From NCBI GenBank assembly GCA_944362705.1, contig CALVTO010000001.1:359366-423365 (forward strand): 64,000 bases of DNA. The letters are read 5' to 3'. A model generated the notes under the pieces. It did not search any database, was not told where the DNA came from, and saw only the letters and a list, made by a program, of their open reading frames with translations. Position numbers and translations under genes: made by a program. The DNA is from an uncultured Clostridia bacterium (GTDB lineage: Bacteria; Bacillota; Clostridia; Christensenellales; UBA1242). Below, one piece after another: positions 1 to 9,591 of the stretch (position 1 is the first letter of the stretch; every line of letters begins with the position of its first letter).

Positions 1-1
1 T

Positions 2-412
2 TCACCACAAGATAGTAATATTCCTATTCGTTTACAAGCAGCCTTTGTCGAAATGTCTGAAATTAAACAAATTGTTGAATATTTAAAAGCACAATATCCA
101 TCTTCTTACGATGCCGAAGTTGAAAAAGAAATTTACGCAGAAAAGCAACCCGAACCATCAGCATCTACCGAAGAAGACCATGGCGATTCTTACGATGAAT
201 TATTGCCACAAGCTTTAAAACTTTGTATCGAAAGCAACGCAGCAAGTATTTCCATGGTACAACGAAGATTTTATGTTGGTTACGCGCGCGCTGCACGTAT
301 TATCGACCAAATGGAACAACGCGGGTACATTTCACCAGCCAATGGCAGTAAAACGCGTGAGGTGTACATGACCATGGACGAATACAACAGCACCTTTGGA
401 GAAGATGCTTAA
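2..412 (+). CDS. ftsK: FtsK/SpoIIIE-family DNA translocase, C-terminal fragment (5' end outside window)
   Basis: Frame is open from the window edge (..RLQAAFV..). It ends in a winged-helix gamma domain, SISMVQRRFYVGYARAARIIDQMEQRGYISP. Confidence 0.85.
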   Translation, partial: SPQDSNIPIRLQAAFVEMSEIKQIVEYLKAQYPSSYDAEVEKEIYAEKQPEPSASTEEDHGDSYDELLPQALKLCIESNAASISMVQRRFYVGYARAARIIDQMEQRGYISPANGSKTREVYMTMDEYNSTFGEDA

Positions 413-518
413 TACTTAAACGTATAAACACCATGTTTGCTGCAACAGAACATGATACAAACCTACAAACAACAACTTACAAAATAAAAATACAAAAAAA
501 AGGAAACGAAAACACATT

Positions 519-1871
519 ATGGCAAAAAAGAAACCACTCATTGGCGTCATTTCCCTAGGGTGCGACAAAAATAGGGTAGACACCGAAAATATGCTTACAC
601 TTTTAAAACGAGCCGGATATAATTTCACGGCAGATTCTGCAAGCGCCGATATTATTATCATTAACACTTGCGCCTTTATTGCCAACGCTCGTAAAGAGTC
701 TATGGAAACCATTCTAGAAATGTCGCAATTCAAAAAAATAGGCACATGTAAAAAACTTATTGTTACAGGGTGCATGCCACAAAAATATTTACACGAAATG
801 CAAGCAGAACTTCCAGAAGTTGACGCATTTTTAGGTATTAACGAGTACGAAAATATAGTAGAAATTGTAGATAATTTAATGAACACCAAACAACAGTTTG
901 TAAAACTAGATGGTCCAGAAAAATTACTTACCGTTTCCGATCGTATGATTACCACCCCAACGCACTATGCGTATTTAATGATCGCCGATGGTTGTAACAA
1001 CTTTTGCGCCTATTGCACTATACCATATATTCGTGGTCGGTATCGTTCTCGCACCATTGAAGAGTTAGTTGCACAAGCTACGGAACTTGTTCAAGGTGGT
1101 TCACAAGAAATTATATTAGTTGCACAAGATGTTACACGCTACGGCACCGATTTATACGGCGAACCCAAACTTGTTCAACTGATTCAAGCATTATCAAAAA
1201 TAGAAGATTTACGCTGGATACGTTTACTATATTGCTATCCAGAACTTGTAGACGACGCATTACTTAACGAAATTGTTACCAACGATAAAGTTTGCAAATA
1301 TATAGATATTCCGTTCCAACACGTTTCTACCAGCGTTTTAAAACGTATGAACCGCCATATAACCTATCAAGAAATTGTGGCGTTAGTAGAAAAAATTCAA
1401 GCGTTGCCTAAACATATTGCCATTCGCACTACCTTTATGGTAGGCTTCCCAGGGGAAACCAACGAAGATTTTAATTTACTATTAAGGTTTGTAAAAAAAT
1501 ACAAACTTCGCAATGTTGGCTTCTTTGCTTACTCGCGAGAAGAAGGTACGGTAGCGGGTAAAATGCCAGAACAAATTCCAGAAGCCATTAAGCAAAAACG
1601 TTTAGTAAAACTTGTAAAAGCACAAAAACGCAATGTATTACAAACCAACCGTAAACTTATTGGTAAAGAATTAGATGTTGTGTACGAAGGCATAGATTAC
1701 GAACAAGAATTATTCTTCGGTCGTACCCAACGCCAAGCACCAGAAATAGATACACTTGTATACTTCTCTTCAAAAACGCCTGTCGATATTGGTGAAATGT
1801 ACAAAATTAAAATTAAAAAAGTAAAAGATTACGATATAAAGGGGGAAAAGATTGATGAATTTGCCGAATAA
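519..1871 (+). CDS. rimO: Ribosomal protein S12 methylthiotransferase RimO (radical SAM MTTase)
   Basis: 450 aa. N-terminal GCDKNRVDTE, a CNNFCAYCTIP radical-SAM cysteine triad and a C-terminal TRAM-like end. Confidence 0.9.
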   Translation: MAKKKPLIGVISLGCDKNRVDTENMLTLLKRAGYNFTADSASADIIIINTCAFIANARKESMETILEMSQFKKIGTCKKLIVTGCMPQKYLHEMQAELPEVDAFLGINEYENIVEIVDNLMNTKQQFVKLDGPEKLLTVSDRMITTPTHYAYLMIADGCNNFCAYCTIPYIRGRYRSRTIEELVAQATELVQGGSQEIILVAQDVTRYGTDLYGEPKLVQLIQALSKIEDLRWIRLLYCYPELVDDALLNEIVTNDKVCKYIDIPFQHVSTSVLKRMNRHITYQEIVALVEKIQALPKHIAIRTTFMVGFPGETNEDFNLLLRFVKKYKLRNVGFFAYSREEGTVAGKMPEQIPEAIKQKRLVKLVKAQKRNVLQTNRKLIGKELDVVYEGIDYEQELFFGRTQRQAPEIDTLVYFSSKTPVDIGEMYKIKIKKVKDYDIKGEKIDEFAE

Positions 1872-2466
1872 ACTTTCTATTTTCCGTATGGTTTGTACAC
1901 CATTTATGATTTTATTTTTTATGTTGCCTATTCCTAATGGTATTGGTATTTTCATAGCCCTTGGCATCTTTATTATTGGTTCTCTTACCGATTTGTTAGA
2001 CGGCTATATTGCGCGTAAATATAATTTGATTACCGACTTTGGTAAATTTATCGACCAAGTAGCCGATAAATTTATCGCCACCACAGCCATGATTTTAGTA
2101 TTATTTTATGGCGCGGTGGTACACGCTTACGTTGCCGTGCTTGCCCTAATTATTGTTGTAGCGCGTGATGTGTTAATTGCCGGCGTACGCCAAATAGCAG
2201 CAAGCAAAGGTACAGTTATTGCTGCCGATAAATTCGGTAAAGTAAAATCTTTATTTATCGATGTATCTTCTTGCGTTTTAATGCTATACTTAGGTTTAGC
2301 GCAAGTTATTTCTAACGCTAACTTAATTATTGTAAGTTACGTAGGGGAAGGGTTGTTAATTATTGGCACCATACTTGCACTTATTTCTTGTGTAAACTAT
2401 ATGGTAAAAGCAAAACCAGCCCTAGCCTTTGAAAATGCACCTGCAAAAGAGAAGGAACATGAATAA
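1855..2466 (+). CDS. pgsA: CDP-diacylglycerol--glycerol-3-phosphate 3-phosphatidyltransferase
   Basis: CDP-alcohol phosphatidyltransferase motif DLLDGYIARKYN..FGKFIDQVADK. ATG at 1855 follows a GGGGGAA RBS; the track start at 1852 is TTG. Confidence 0.9.
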   Translation: MNLPNKLSIFRMVCTPFMILFFMLPIPNGIGIFIALGIFIIGSLTDLLDGYIARKYNLITDFGKFIDQVADKFIATTAMILVLFYGAVVHAYVAVLALIIVVARDVLIAGVRQIAASKGTVIAADKFGKVKSLFIDVSSCVLMLYLGLAQVISNANLIIVSYVGEGLLIIGTILALISCVNYMVKAKPALAFENAPAKEKEHE

Positions 2467-3133
2467 ACTTATACTTAAATTATTTGGTTTAACCGGGCAA
2501 AATATTCAAACCAAGGCATCAGCGTTACAAAACCTTCAACTTACGGTACAAGAACGTAACTACGATGCCACACTTATGGTGCATAACGCCACGCAGGAGC
2601 AACAGTCTGCACTTTGTGCTATGTTTGCGCCATACATTTACGCCACCGAAGATATTTCTATTTACGAACAAGTCGCGCGCCTTTGCGCCTTACGTAACCG
2701 TAAATTGTCCGTTACCGAACAAGGCTCAGGTGGCATTATTACAGCCAACCTTTCACAAACCAGCCCAGCACCAAGTTTTTTGCAAACATGTGTTACCATA
2801 TCTAACCCGTTACAGTTTGTAGATATGTTTCATATCGACCCGCGCGAACTTACGCAACAGGGCATGGTACAACGCAATATATTGCAACAAATGGTTTCGC
2901 ATATTGATACCACACAAAAAGTAGACTTGCACCTACTAACGCTTGCACAATACAAGCCAAGTCCGTTTACCGCTTTTACCAGCACCGATATTGGCACCAT
3001 TTATTTAGGGGTTATGGATAAAGAAAATGTTCAAATACATAAGTACCAAGCACCCAACACAAGCATTAAGGCAGATATCATGCATTTTACAGCAAAGTTA
3101 GCATGTTTTGCACTATATCAAATTTTAAAATAA
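2459..3133 (+). CDS. Divergent CinA/PncC-like (CinA C-terminal domain) protein
   Basis: Sits in the pgsA-cinA-recA syntenic slot. SVTEQGSGGIITANL aligns to the CinA_C motif TTAESCTGG, and GTIYLGV aligns to GTVWFAF. ATG at 2459 with a GAGAAGGAA RBS. Confidence 0.6.
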   Translation: MNKLILKLFGLTGQNIQTKASALQNLQLTVQERNYDATLMVHNATQEQQSALCAMFAPYIYATEDISIYEQVARLCALRNRKLSVTEQGSGGIITANLSQTSPAPSFLQTCVTISNPLQFVDMFHIDPRELTQQGMVQRNILQQMVSHIDTTQKVDLHLLTLAQYKPSPFTAFTSTDIGTIYLGVMDKENVQIHKYQAPNTSIKADIMHFTAKLACFALYQILK

Positions 3134-3145
3134 AGAGGTAGAAAA

Positions 3146-4135
3146 ATGAATACAGAAAAAGAAAAAGCACTAGAACAAGCCATTTCACAAATAGAAAAAC
3201 AATTTGGTAAAGGTTCTATTATGAAATTGGGCGATTCCGCTGTGGAAAAAATTGATGTCATACCAACGGGTTGCTTAACGCTAGATATGGCTTTAGGCGT
3301 TGGAGGTATTCCACGTGGCAGAATTATTGAAATATACGGTCCAGAATCTTCTGGTAAAACTACCGTGTCTTTACACATGATTGCCGAAGCGCAAAAACTT
3401 GGTGGCACGGCAGCCTTTATCGATGCTGAACACGCACTCGACCCTGTATATGCCGCTAGGTTAGGGGTAGATATTAAAAACCTATATGTATCTCAACCAG
3501 ATACCGGTGAACAAGGCCTAGAAATTGCAGAATCGTTAGTTCGAAGTGGGTCACTCGATATTGTAGTTATCGACTCTGTTGCAGCCCTAACACCAAAAGC
3601 AGAAATCGATGGCGAAATGGGCGATAACCATATTGGTTTGCAAGCGCGCTTAATGTCACAAGCTTTACGTAAACTTGCCGGCATTACCAATAAAACAAAA
3701 ACTTGCGTTATCTTTATTAACCAATTACGTGAAAAAGTGGGCGTTATGTTTGGTTCTCCAGAAACCACACCGGGCGGTAAAGCGTTAAAATTCTATGCAA
3801 GTATTCGCCTAGATGTACGTAAAGCCGACGTTATAAAAGAAGGCGCAGAACCTATTGGTAACCGTACACGTGTAAAGGTAGTTAAAAATAAACTTGCACC
3901 TCCATTTAAAACCGCAGAATTTGATATTATTTACGGTTTAGGTATTAGTAAAGAAGGTTGCATACTCGATTTAGCGGTAGAGCACGATATTATTAAAAAG
4001 AGCGGTGCATGGTTTGCCTATAACGATGAAAAAATTGGCCAAGGCAAAGAAAATGCAAAACAATTTTTACAAAACAACCCAGATATTTGTGCAGAAATTG
4101 AACAAAAAATTAAAACAGGCAATTTTGAAGAATAA
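3146..4135 (+). CDS. recA: Recombinase RecA
   Basis: 329 aa with Walker [10 protein letters not shown] and canonical RecA sequence throughout. Confidence 0.98.
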   Translation: MNTEKEKALEQAISQIEKQFGKGSIMKLGDSAVEKIDVIPTGCLTLDMALGVGGIPRGRIIEIYGPESSGKTTVSLHMIAEAQKLGGTAAFIDAEHALDPVYAARLGVDIKNLYVSQPDTGEQGLEIAESLVRSGSLDIVVIDSVAALTPKAEIDGEMGDNHIGLQARLMSQALRKLAGITNKTKTCVIFINQLREKVGVMFGSPETTPGGKALKFYASIRLDVRKADVIKEGAEPIGNRTRVKVVKNKLAPPFKTAEFDIIYGLGISKEGCILDLAVEHDIIKKSGAWFAYNDEKIGQGKENAKQFLQNNPDICAEIEQKIKTGNFEE

Positions 4136-4166
4136 TTTTTACGCGGTTTTTAATTACTTGACGCAA

Positions 4167-4205
4167 ATAACACTCTCATGCTATTATGAGAGTGTTATTA
4201 TTTTG
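4167..4205 (+). terminator. Intrinsic terminator after recA
   Basis: 13-bp perfect stem ATAACACTCTCAT / ATGAGAGTGTTAT with a 6-nt loop, followed by a T-rich tail. Confidence 0.8.
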
Positions 4206-4256
4206 TATATTTTACAAAAAACATAGTAACAATTGTTATTTCGGAGGGAACAAAAT

Positions 4257-5822
4257 ATGATGCAAATTTGGCTAAGCGTGCTTTGTATCCTTCTTGCATT
4301 AGGTGGCGGTATTACCGCTGGTTATTTTATATTTAAAGCAGTTTATAAAAAAACCATAGGTAACGCAAAAGAACAATCTGCAAAACTTATCGAAGAAGCA
4401 GAATCCACGGTTAAAGCAATGAAGAAAGAAGCCGTATTAGAAGCAAAAGAAGAAACTATAAAAATGAAAAACGAAGCCGATCAAGAAATGAAACAACGTA
4501 GAAACGAGCTTCAATACATGGAACAACGTTTACTACAACGTGAAGAAACTCTTGACCGCAAAGAAAATAATTTAGACCATAAACAACAGTTACTAGAAGA
4601 TGAAAAAGGCAAAATTGATGCTCGCCTTAAAGAGATAGATACTTTAGAACTTGCCGTAAAAGAAAAAGAAAAAGACATTGTAAAAGAACTAGAAAACGTA
4701 GCAAAACTAAGTAAAGAAGAAGCAAAAAAACAACTTATTACCGCTATTGAAGACGAAGCAAATAAAGAAGCGGGCGCATATTTAAGAGAACTAGAAAACA
4801 AAACGCGTGATGAAGCCGAACAAAAAGCGCGCGAAATTATTACACTTGCCATTCAAAAATGCGCAACCGACCAAACAAGCGAAGTTACTGTTTCATCTGT
4901 AAGTTTACCAAACGAAGAAATGAAAGGCAGAATTATTGGTCGTGAAGGCCGTAACATTCGCGCCATAGAAGCAGCCACAGGAGTAGACTTAATTGTAGAT
5001 GATACACCAGAAGCTATTATACTTTCTTGCTTCGACCCAATTCGTAGGCAAGTTGCAAAACTTACTATAGAAAAATTGATTCAAGATGGCCGTATTCACC
5101 CAGGCAGAATTGAAGAAATTGTTGCAAAAGTAAAAAAAGATTTAGAAAAAAATATCAAAGAAGTTGGTGAAAACGCAACGTTTGAAGCCGGAATATATGG
5201 CTTACACCCAGAACTTATCAAACTATTAGGTAGATTACAATACCGTACAAGTTACGGTCAAAACGTGCTAAAACACTCGCTAGAAACATCATACATCGCA
5301 GGCTTACTTGCAGGCGAACTAGGGGCAGATGAAGCCCTAGCAAAACGCGCAGGTTTATTACACGATATTGGTAAGGCTGTCGATTTTGAAATGGAAGGCA
5401 CGCATGTTTCTATTGGCGTAGAACTTGCTCGTAAGTATAAAGAAAGCGAAGCTGTGGTGCATTGTATAGAAGCCCATCATGGCGGGGTAGAGTTTAAGTC
5501 ACTCGAAGCTATTTTAGTACAAGTTGCCGATGCAATTTCAAGCAGTCGCCCAGGCGCACGCCGTGAATCTATGGACGCATATATTAAACGTCTAGAAAAA
5601 CTTGAAGGCATTGCAAATTCGTTTAAAGGTGTACAACAATCTTACGCCATTCAAGCAGGCCGTGAAATTCGAATTGCTGTAAAACCAGAAGAAGTAAATG
5701 ATGATGGTATGTTCGTACTTGCTAAACAAATTGCACGTAAAATTGAAGCAGAACTTGAATACCCAGGCCAAATTAAAGTACAAATTATACGTGAAACACG
5801 CGCAAGCGATATTGCAAGCTAA
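4257..5822 (+). CDS. rny: Ribonuclease Y
   Basis: N-terminal TM helix, long E/K coiled coil, KH region ([15 protein letters not shown]) and HD domain (LLHDIGKA). ATG at 4257 follows a GGAGGG RBS. Confidence 0.95.
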   Translation: MMQIWLSVLCILLALGGGITAGYFIFKAVYKKTIGNAKEQSAKLIEEAESTVKAMKKEAVLEAKEETIKMKNEADQEMKQRRNELQYMEQRLLQREETLDRKENNLDHKQQLLEDEKGKIDARLKEIDTLELAVKEKEKDIVKELENVAKLSKEEAKKQLITAIEDEANKEAGAYLRELENKTRDEAEQKAREIITLAIQKCATDQTSEVTVSSVSLPNEEMKGRIIGREGRNIRAIEAATGVDLIVDDTPEAIILSCFDPIRRQVAKLTIEKLIQDGRIHPGRIEEIVAKVKKDLEKNIKEVGENATFEAGIYGLHPELIKLLGRLQYRTSYGQNVLKHSLETSYIAGLLAGELGADEALAKRAGLLHDIGKAVDFEMEGTHVSIGVELARKYKESEAVVHCIEAHHGGVEFKSLEAILVQVADAISSSRPGARRESMDAYIKRLEKLEGIANSFKGVQQSYAIQAGREIRIAVKPEEVNDDGMFVLAKQIARKIEAELEYPGQIKVQIIRETRASDIAS

Positions 5823-5879
5823 CCTAAACGCGGTATTCATTTATACACAAAAACAATATACAAATAAAAAAGCCAAGCC

Positions 5880-5902
5880 TTAGTCTAGCAATTTTGAAAC
5901 TA
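5880..5902 (+). repeat. Left copy of direct repeat TTAGTCTA-N4-TTTTGAAACTA
   Basis: About 21 of 26 positions match the copy at 7300-7322 by eye. Confidence 0.6.
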
Positions 5903-5912
5903 GCAGAATATT

Positions 5913-5955
5913 AAAGAGAAACATAGACAAAAAAATCGTCTATGTTTCTCTTTTT
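5913..5955 (+). terminator. Intrinsic terminator downstream of rny
   Basis: 14-bp stem AGAGAAACATAGAC / GTCTATGTTTCTCT with a 9-nt A-rich loop, then TTTTT. Confidence 0.8.
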
Positions 5956-6099
5956 ACACCTAACTCTCTTAATTGCAAAAAAAACGAATACTTCTGTCGT
6001 TGTCATAGGTTGTCGTGAGAAACACAACATCTACAAATCTTTTGACATGCACTTTAACCTTGACAACAAAGAATATTCGCTTACACTAGAAAATAGAGA

Positions 6100-6160
6100 G
6101 AAGAAAACAAAAAAGAAAAAGAGCGGATTGCGTTACGCCCTGCCAGCAACCGCTCTTTTT
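6100..6160 (-). terminator. Intrinsic terminator of the 6251-7219 gene
   Basis: Stem GAGCGG..CCGCTC, extendable by A/T pairs. On the minus strand it is followed by a long T-rich run. Confidence 0.7.
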
Positions 6161-6180
6161 GCAACACAATTAGATTATTT

Positions 6181-6237
6181 GCGTGTGCTTGTCTGTTCGA
6201 GCGAAGCGAGAACACTTGTATCAAGACAAGCACACGT
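6181..6237. repeat. Long inverted repeat (14-bp arms, 29-nt spacer)
   Basis: GCGTGTGCTTGTCT ... AGACAAGCACACGT, immediately 3' of the minus-strand gene stop. Confidence 0.7.
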
Positions 6238-6250
6238 CTAACAGCCATTT

Positions 6251-7219
6251 TTATAACGTTTTATTGTTTTCTTCTTTTTCTTTAATTGATTCTAATAATT
6301 TAGGAATATATTCTTTCCAAGAAGTGGTTTGACCTTCATATTCAAGCAATTCATTATATACTTTTTTAACATAAACAAATCCAAATTTATTTTCTATGTC
6401 AAAGAACTTCTGAGTATCAATATTTTCTATCTTTTCTCTTAATCTTATTGTAATTGCTCTAACGATTGTATCGTTAAGGTAAGAAATTGGATTCCCATAT
6501 CCCATGTTTTTGAGTTTGTTTCTTAATTCATCTGGTATTAGTAAACGATTGTTATCGGTGTAGCAATTCACAAAATTATGTACAAATTCGTGGATAATTG
6601 TATGAATTGTTCCGTTATTGAATTTATTAATCGTTTTAAAATCTTCACTTAGCATGCCAATATTGGCAAAATTGTTATTGTTAACTTTAAATCCATGATT
6701 AGCATTAGCTAACATTGGAATAATATTTACAAAAAAATCATCTTGAACTTTATCTTTTAAAAATTTTTGCAATTCATAAATAAAAAGATCTGCATTAAAC
6801 ATTTTCTTTAATTCTTCAATCTTAGAAGAATAGTAAACATTATTATCAATATAAAATTTTTCAAAATTGCTATCTTTTGCAAAATTAACGATTTTGCTCA
6901 TAAATTCTTTTAATAGTTCTTCGTGTTCAAGCTCTTGCAATAAATATTTTTCTATTTTGCCATCAAATTTTAATTGTTTGTTTAATGCAAATGCTAATCT
7001 AATTGGGTTATCAAAACAAAACCCTTCAACATTCTTGGCTATTTGTTTGGCTAGTGCAACCGCTTTGTGATTTTTGAACTTGGAAAAGTGATTATATAAT
7101 AGTTGTCTATATTCATCTTTAATGTCAAAAGAAAAGTGTTCTTCAATATATTCATTTCCTTGCGACAATGCTAAAATAATGCTCATCAACTCTGTTCGTT
7201 TATCTACTATAAAGTTCAT
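6251..7219 (-). CDS. Putative HExxH zinc metallopeptidase-like protein (resembles DUF4932 family)
   Basis: 322 aa with an HEFVHNF (HExxH) motif. The N-terminus VDKRTELMSIILALS..EY resembles DUF4932 from memory. Visibly more AT-rich than its neighbours. Confidence 0.5.
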   Translation of the reverse strand: MNFIVDKRTELMSIILALSQGNEYIEEHFSFDIKDEYRQLLYNHFSKFKNHKAVALAKQIAKNVEGFCFDNPIRLAFALNKQLKFDGKIEKYLLQELEHEELLKEFMSKIVNFAKDSNFEKFYIDNNVYYSSKIEELKKMFNADLFIYELQKFLKDKVQDDFFVNIIPMLANANHGFKVNNNNFANIGMLSEDFKTINKFNNGTIHTIIHEFVHNFVNCYTDNNRLLIPDELRNKLKNMGYGNPISYLNDTIVRAITIRLREKIENIDTQKFFDIENKFGFVYVKKVYNELLEYEGQTTSWKEYIPKLLESIKEKEENNKTL

Positions 7220-7278
7220 TTTTTACTCCTATGTTTTAATTATAACATACAATTTAATAATTTGATAATCTTTTTCTC

Positions 7279-7322
7279 TAGTTTCAAAATGCATTAACTT
7301 TAGTCTATTACTTTTGAAACTA
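7279..7322. repeat. Inverted repeat TAGTTTCAAAA / TTTTGAAACTA (11-bp arms, 22-nt spacer)
   Basis: Perfect 11-bp arms at 7279-7289 and 7312-7322. The right arm is part of the direct-repeat copy at 7300-7322. A further copy, AGTTTCAAAA, lies at 7375-7384. Confidence 0.7.
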
Positions 7323-7493
7323 ATAAAAAAAGAACTTTACATTTATGTGAATAGTTCCTTTAATTTATTTTGCAAGTTTCAAAATGATTAAACCTTATGC
7401 TTGCGCTTTTTTTGTTTTCATCATATTTGAATATATTCTATTATTTTGCCATATACTTTACTAATGTTACAATTTACAAAACCGCCAACGAGT

Positions 7494-8327
7494 ATGCCAC
7501 AAATATTTGATTTACATAACGATTGCCTTACATCCACAAAAGGCAAACTTTCTTATGCGCGTTACATAAAATCGCTACAACAACAGCCCGTTACGCAAGT
7601 TGTGCAAGTTATTTTTACCACAGAATACACCGAGCCTTTACCACAAATTCAAAAGCTTTACCAAACATTTTGTCAACACGCCAACACGCAAACCAAACAT
7701 ATAGCCATAGAAGACTTTTGGTTTGCCACCAAACGTAATGTGCCCACCATTTTACAATACAACCCCTTATATATTGGTTTAACATGGAACGATACCAACC
7801 GTTTAGCAGGTGGAGCCTTTGGTCAGGGCGGGTTAACACCATGGGGCGAACAAGTGGTAAAACAAATTGAACAAACAAGTTTGGTCGATACCGCTCATTT
7901 AAACGAAAAAAGTTTTTACGCATTTGCAAACATTACACAAAAACCCATACTTTGTTCGCATACGGCACTTGCGTCTTTTTATAAACACCCACGTAACCTA
8001 ACCAATGCCCAAATACAAACCATTGTGCAAAGCAATGGTTTAGTGGGGTTGTGTTTTGTTAGTGAATTTATCAATGGAAAAAAACATTGTACGGTACAAG
8101 ATATTGCACAAGAAATTGATTATTTTGTTGAGCATTTTGGTATAGAGCATATTGCCTTAGGTACCGATTTTTACGGAACAAAAAAATTACCTGTTGGCAT
8201 AAAAACCTACGAAGATATTTCTCTTTTATATACCAAACTACAAAATAGGGGATACACAGAAAAACAAATTGAACAACTCTTTTTTCAAAACGCACAAACC
8301 TTTTTTGCTAATGTGTATAAGTCTTAA
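7494..8327 (+). CDS. Membrane (renal-type) dipeptidase, peptidase M19 family
   Basis: M19 landmarks: DLHND, VDTAHLNEKSF, CSHTAL..HPRNLTNAQIQ, GLCF and LGTDFYG. ATG at 7494 preferred over TTG at 7446, but the RBS is weak. Confidence 0.75.
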   Translation: MPQIFDLHNDCLTSTKGKLSYARYIKSLQQQPVTQVVQVIFTTEYTEPLPQIQKLYQTFCQHANTQTKHIAIEDFWFATKRNVPTILQYNPLYIGLTWNDTNRLAGGAFGQGGLTPWGEQVVKQIEQTSLVDTAHLNEKSFYAFANITQKPILCSHTALASFYKHPRNLTNAQIQTIVQSNGLVGLCFVSEFINGKKHCTVQDIAQEIDYFVEHFGIEHIALGTDFYGTKKLPVGIKTYEDISLLYTKLQNRGYTEKQIEQLFFQNAQTFFANVYKS

Positions 8328-8357
8328 AAATAAGTCTGTTTTATAAATGAATATCAT

Positions 8358-8390
8358 AAAAAACACCATGCAATAACATGGCGTTTTTTT
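8358..8390. terminator. Bidirectional hairpin between dipeptidase and recombinase genes
   Basis: A-run, CCATG..CATGG stem, then T7 run. Confidence 0.5.
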
Positions 8391-9468
8391 ATTGTTTGGG
8401 TTCTTCTTTTACTACATCACGTAATTTTACTTTGGTAGCGGCTTCACGACGAATATCATCACTAATTGCAGCATAGTGTTTTTTCGTCGTATTTACGTCT
8501 TTGTGGCCAAGTACATCGGCAACAATATAAATATCTTGCGTTTCACGGTAAAGCGCCGTACCGTACGTACTACGCAACTTATGTGGTGTTATTTTTTTTA
8601 ATGGGGTAACCGCTTTAGCATATTTTTTTACTAAAAGTTCTACTGCGCGTGTGGTCATGCGCTTTTTTTGTAAACTTAAAAACAACGCGCGTTCTTCATT
8701 TGGCACACCTTTGTCTTTCATAAACTGTTCACGCCAATCTACGTAACTTACTAGCGCATCACGTACTTCATCAGAAAAATATAAAACTACTTGGTTGCCA
8801 CCTTTACGCGTAATTTTTATACCGTTAATAGAAAAATCAATATCATCTATATTTAAGCCCACGCACTCGCTCACACGAATACCCGTGCCTAAAAGTAGGG
8901 TAATTAAAGCAAAATCACGCATATCTGTATGCTTATGAAATGCTTGTTCTCTTCCTAAAAGCGCGTACCCGTTTTCGGCTGTGTTTATCATTTTAGCAAC
9001 TTCATCGGTTTCTAACCGAATAATGGTTTTATCATGGTATTTGGGCATGTCTACTTTGCTAGTTACATTTTTTGTCAGCATATCTTTTTTAAAAAAGTAC
9101 TTAAAAAATGTTCGAATCGTAGCAAGTTTTCTACCCTTACCGCGTTCACCATTGGTTATTTGTTTGCCGTTAAACTCGTAACTTGTTAAATAACTAATAA
9201 AACGCTCAATATGTTGCGCCGAAACCTTTTCTAAATCTTCTAGCGTTATATCGTATACGGTTTTTCCGCGTAAAAGATTGGTTTCTTCCAATAAAAAATT
9301 AAAAAATATACGTAAATCATACGCATAATTTAAACGGGTTAGGGTAGAGGTTGTATTTTCAATACCCACAAAAAAGTCATAACAAAAATCAGGCAAATCG
9401 CGTGTAAGTTCCCGAATTTTTTTAATATTCTTTTGATTTCTCTCTGTAAAATAATCTACTTGTTTCAT
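8389..9468 (-). CDS. Tyrosine recombinase, XerS-like architecture
   Basis: GTGIRVSECVGL, TRKGG, HKLRSTYGTALY and LGHKDVNTTKKHY catalytic-domain motifs. Overall layout resembles streptococcal XerS. ATG at 9468; the track start at 9498 is TTG. Confidence 0.75.
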   Translation of the reverse strand: MKQVDYFTERNQKNIKKIRELTRDLPDFCYDFFVGIENTTSTLTRLNYAYDLRIFFNFLLEETNLLRGKTVYDITLEDLEKVSAQHIERFISYLTSYEFNGKQITNGERGKGRKLATIRTFFKYFFKKDMLTKNVTSKVDMPKYHDKTIIRLETDEVAKMINTAENGYALLGREQAFHKHTDMRDFALITLLLGTGIRVSECVGLNIDDIDFSINGIKITRKGGNQVVLYFSDEVRDALVSYVDWREQFMKDKGVPNEERALFLSLQKKRMTTRAVELLVKKYAKAVTPLKKITPHKLRSTYGTALYRETQDIYIVADVLGHKDVNTTKKHYAAISDDIRREAATKVKLRDVVKEEPKQ

Positions 9469-9512
9469 ATAACCATAGTATAGCAAAACTATTCGCAAAA
9501 CACAACTAAAAA

Positions 9513-9528
9513 ATACATGCGTATGTAT
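9513..9528. repeat. Near-perfect 16-bp palindrome ATACATGCGTATGTAT
   Basis: 7 of 8 arm pairs are Watson-Crick and one is G-T. Lies between the recombinase start and the serS promoter. Confidence 0.6.
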
Positions 9529-9535
9529 ATTCTTA

Positions 9536-9565
9536 TTGACAAAGTTTCATAAAAAGTATTATATT
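9536..9565 (+). promoter_or_regulatory. Sigma-A-type promoter candidate for serS
   Basis: TTGACA, a 17-18 nt spacer, then TTATAT/TATATT. It sits about 30 nt upstream of the ATG, leaving no room for a T-box leader. Confidence 0.5.
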
Positions 9566-9591
9566 TAAAAGAAAAAAAGTAGGAAATATAT

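Noticed and set aside
416-955. Antisense or shadow ORFs inside well-supported genes. Examples are 416..955, 4511..4852, 25480..25929, 30638..31180, 39555..39932, 41255..41794, 45967..46383, 55020..55457, 59344..59700 and 63480..63860.
   Set aside because: Each lies wholly or largely opposite, or out of frame with, a gene of clear homology. They show low-complexity S/F/L-rich translations and no RBS, which is typical of shadow ORFs.
5942-6241. 99-aa + strand ORF in the rny / DUF4932-like spacer, plus a possible TTGACA-16-TACACT promoter (6060-6087) driving a roughly 70-nt purine-rich sRNA that would end at the 6121-6160 hairpin.
   Set aside because: The ORF has no RBS, runs through two terminator hairpins and has nonsense composition. 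The purine run and hairpin are better explained as the minus-strand terminator (hairpin plus U-tract) of the 6251-7219 gene.
9499-9591. An expected T-box leader upstream of serS.
   Set aside because: Only about 90 nt separate the recombinase gene from the serS ATG, and a promoter occupies them. There is no specifier loop, T-box sequence or terminator/antiterminator, so serS appears not to be T-box-regulated here.
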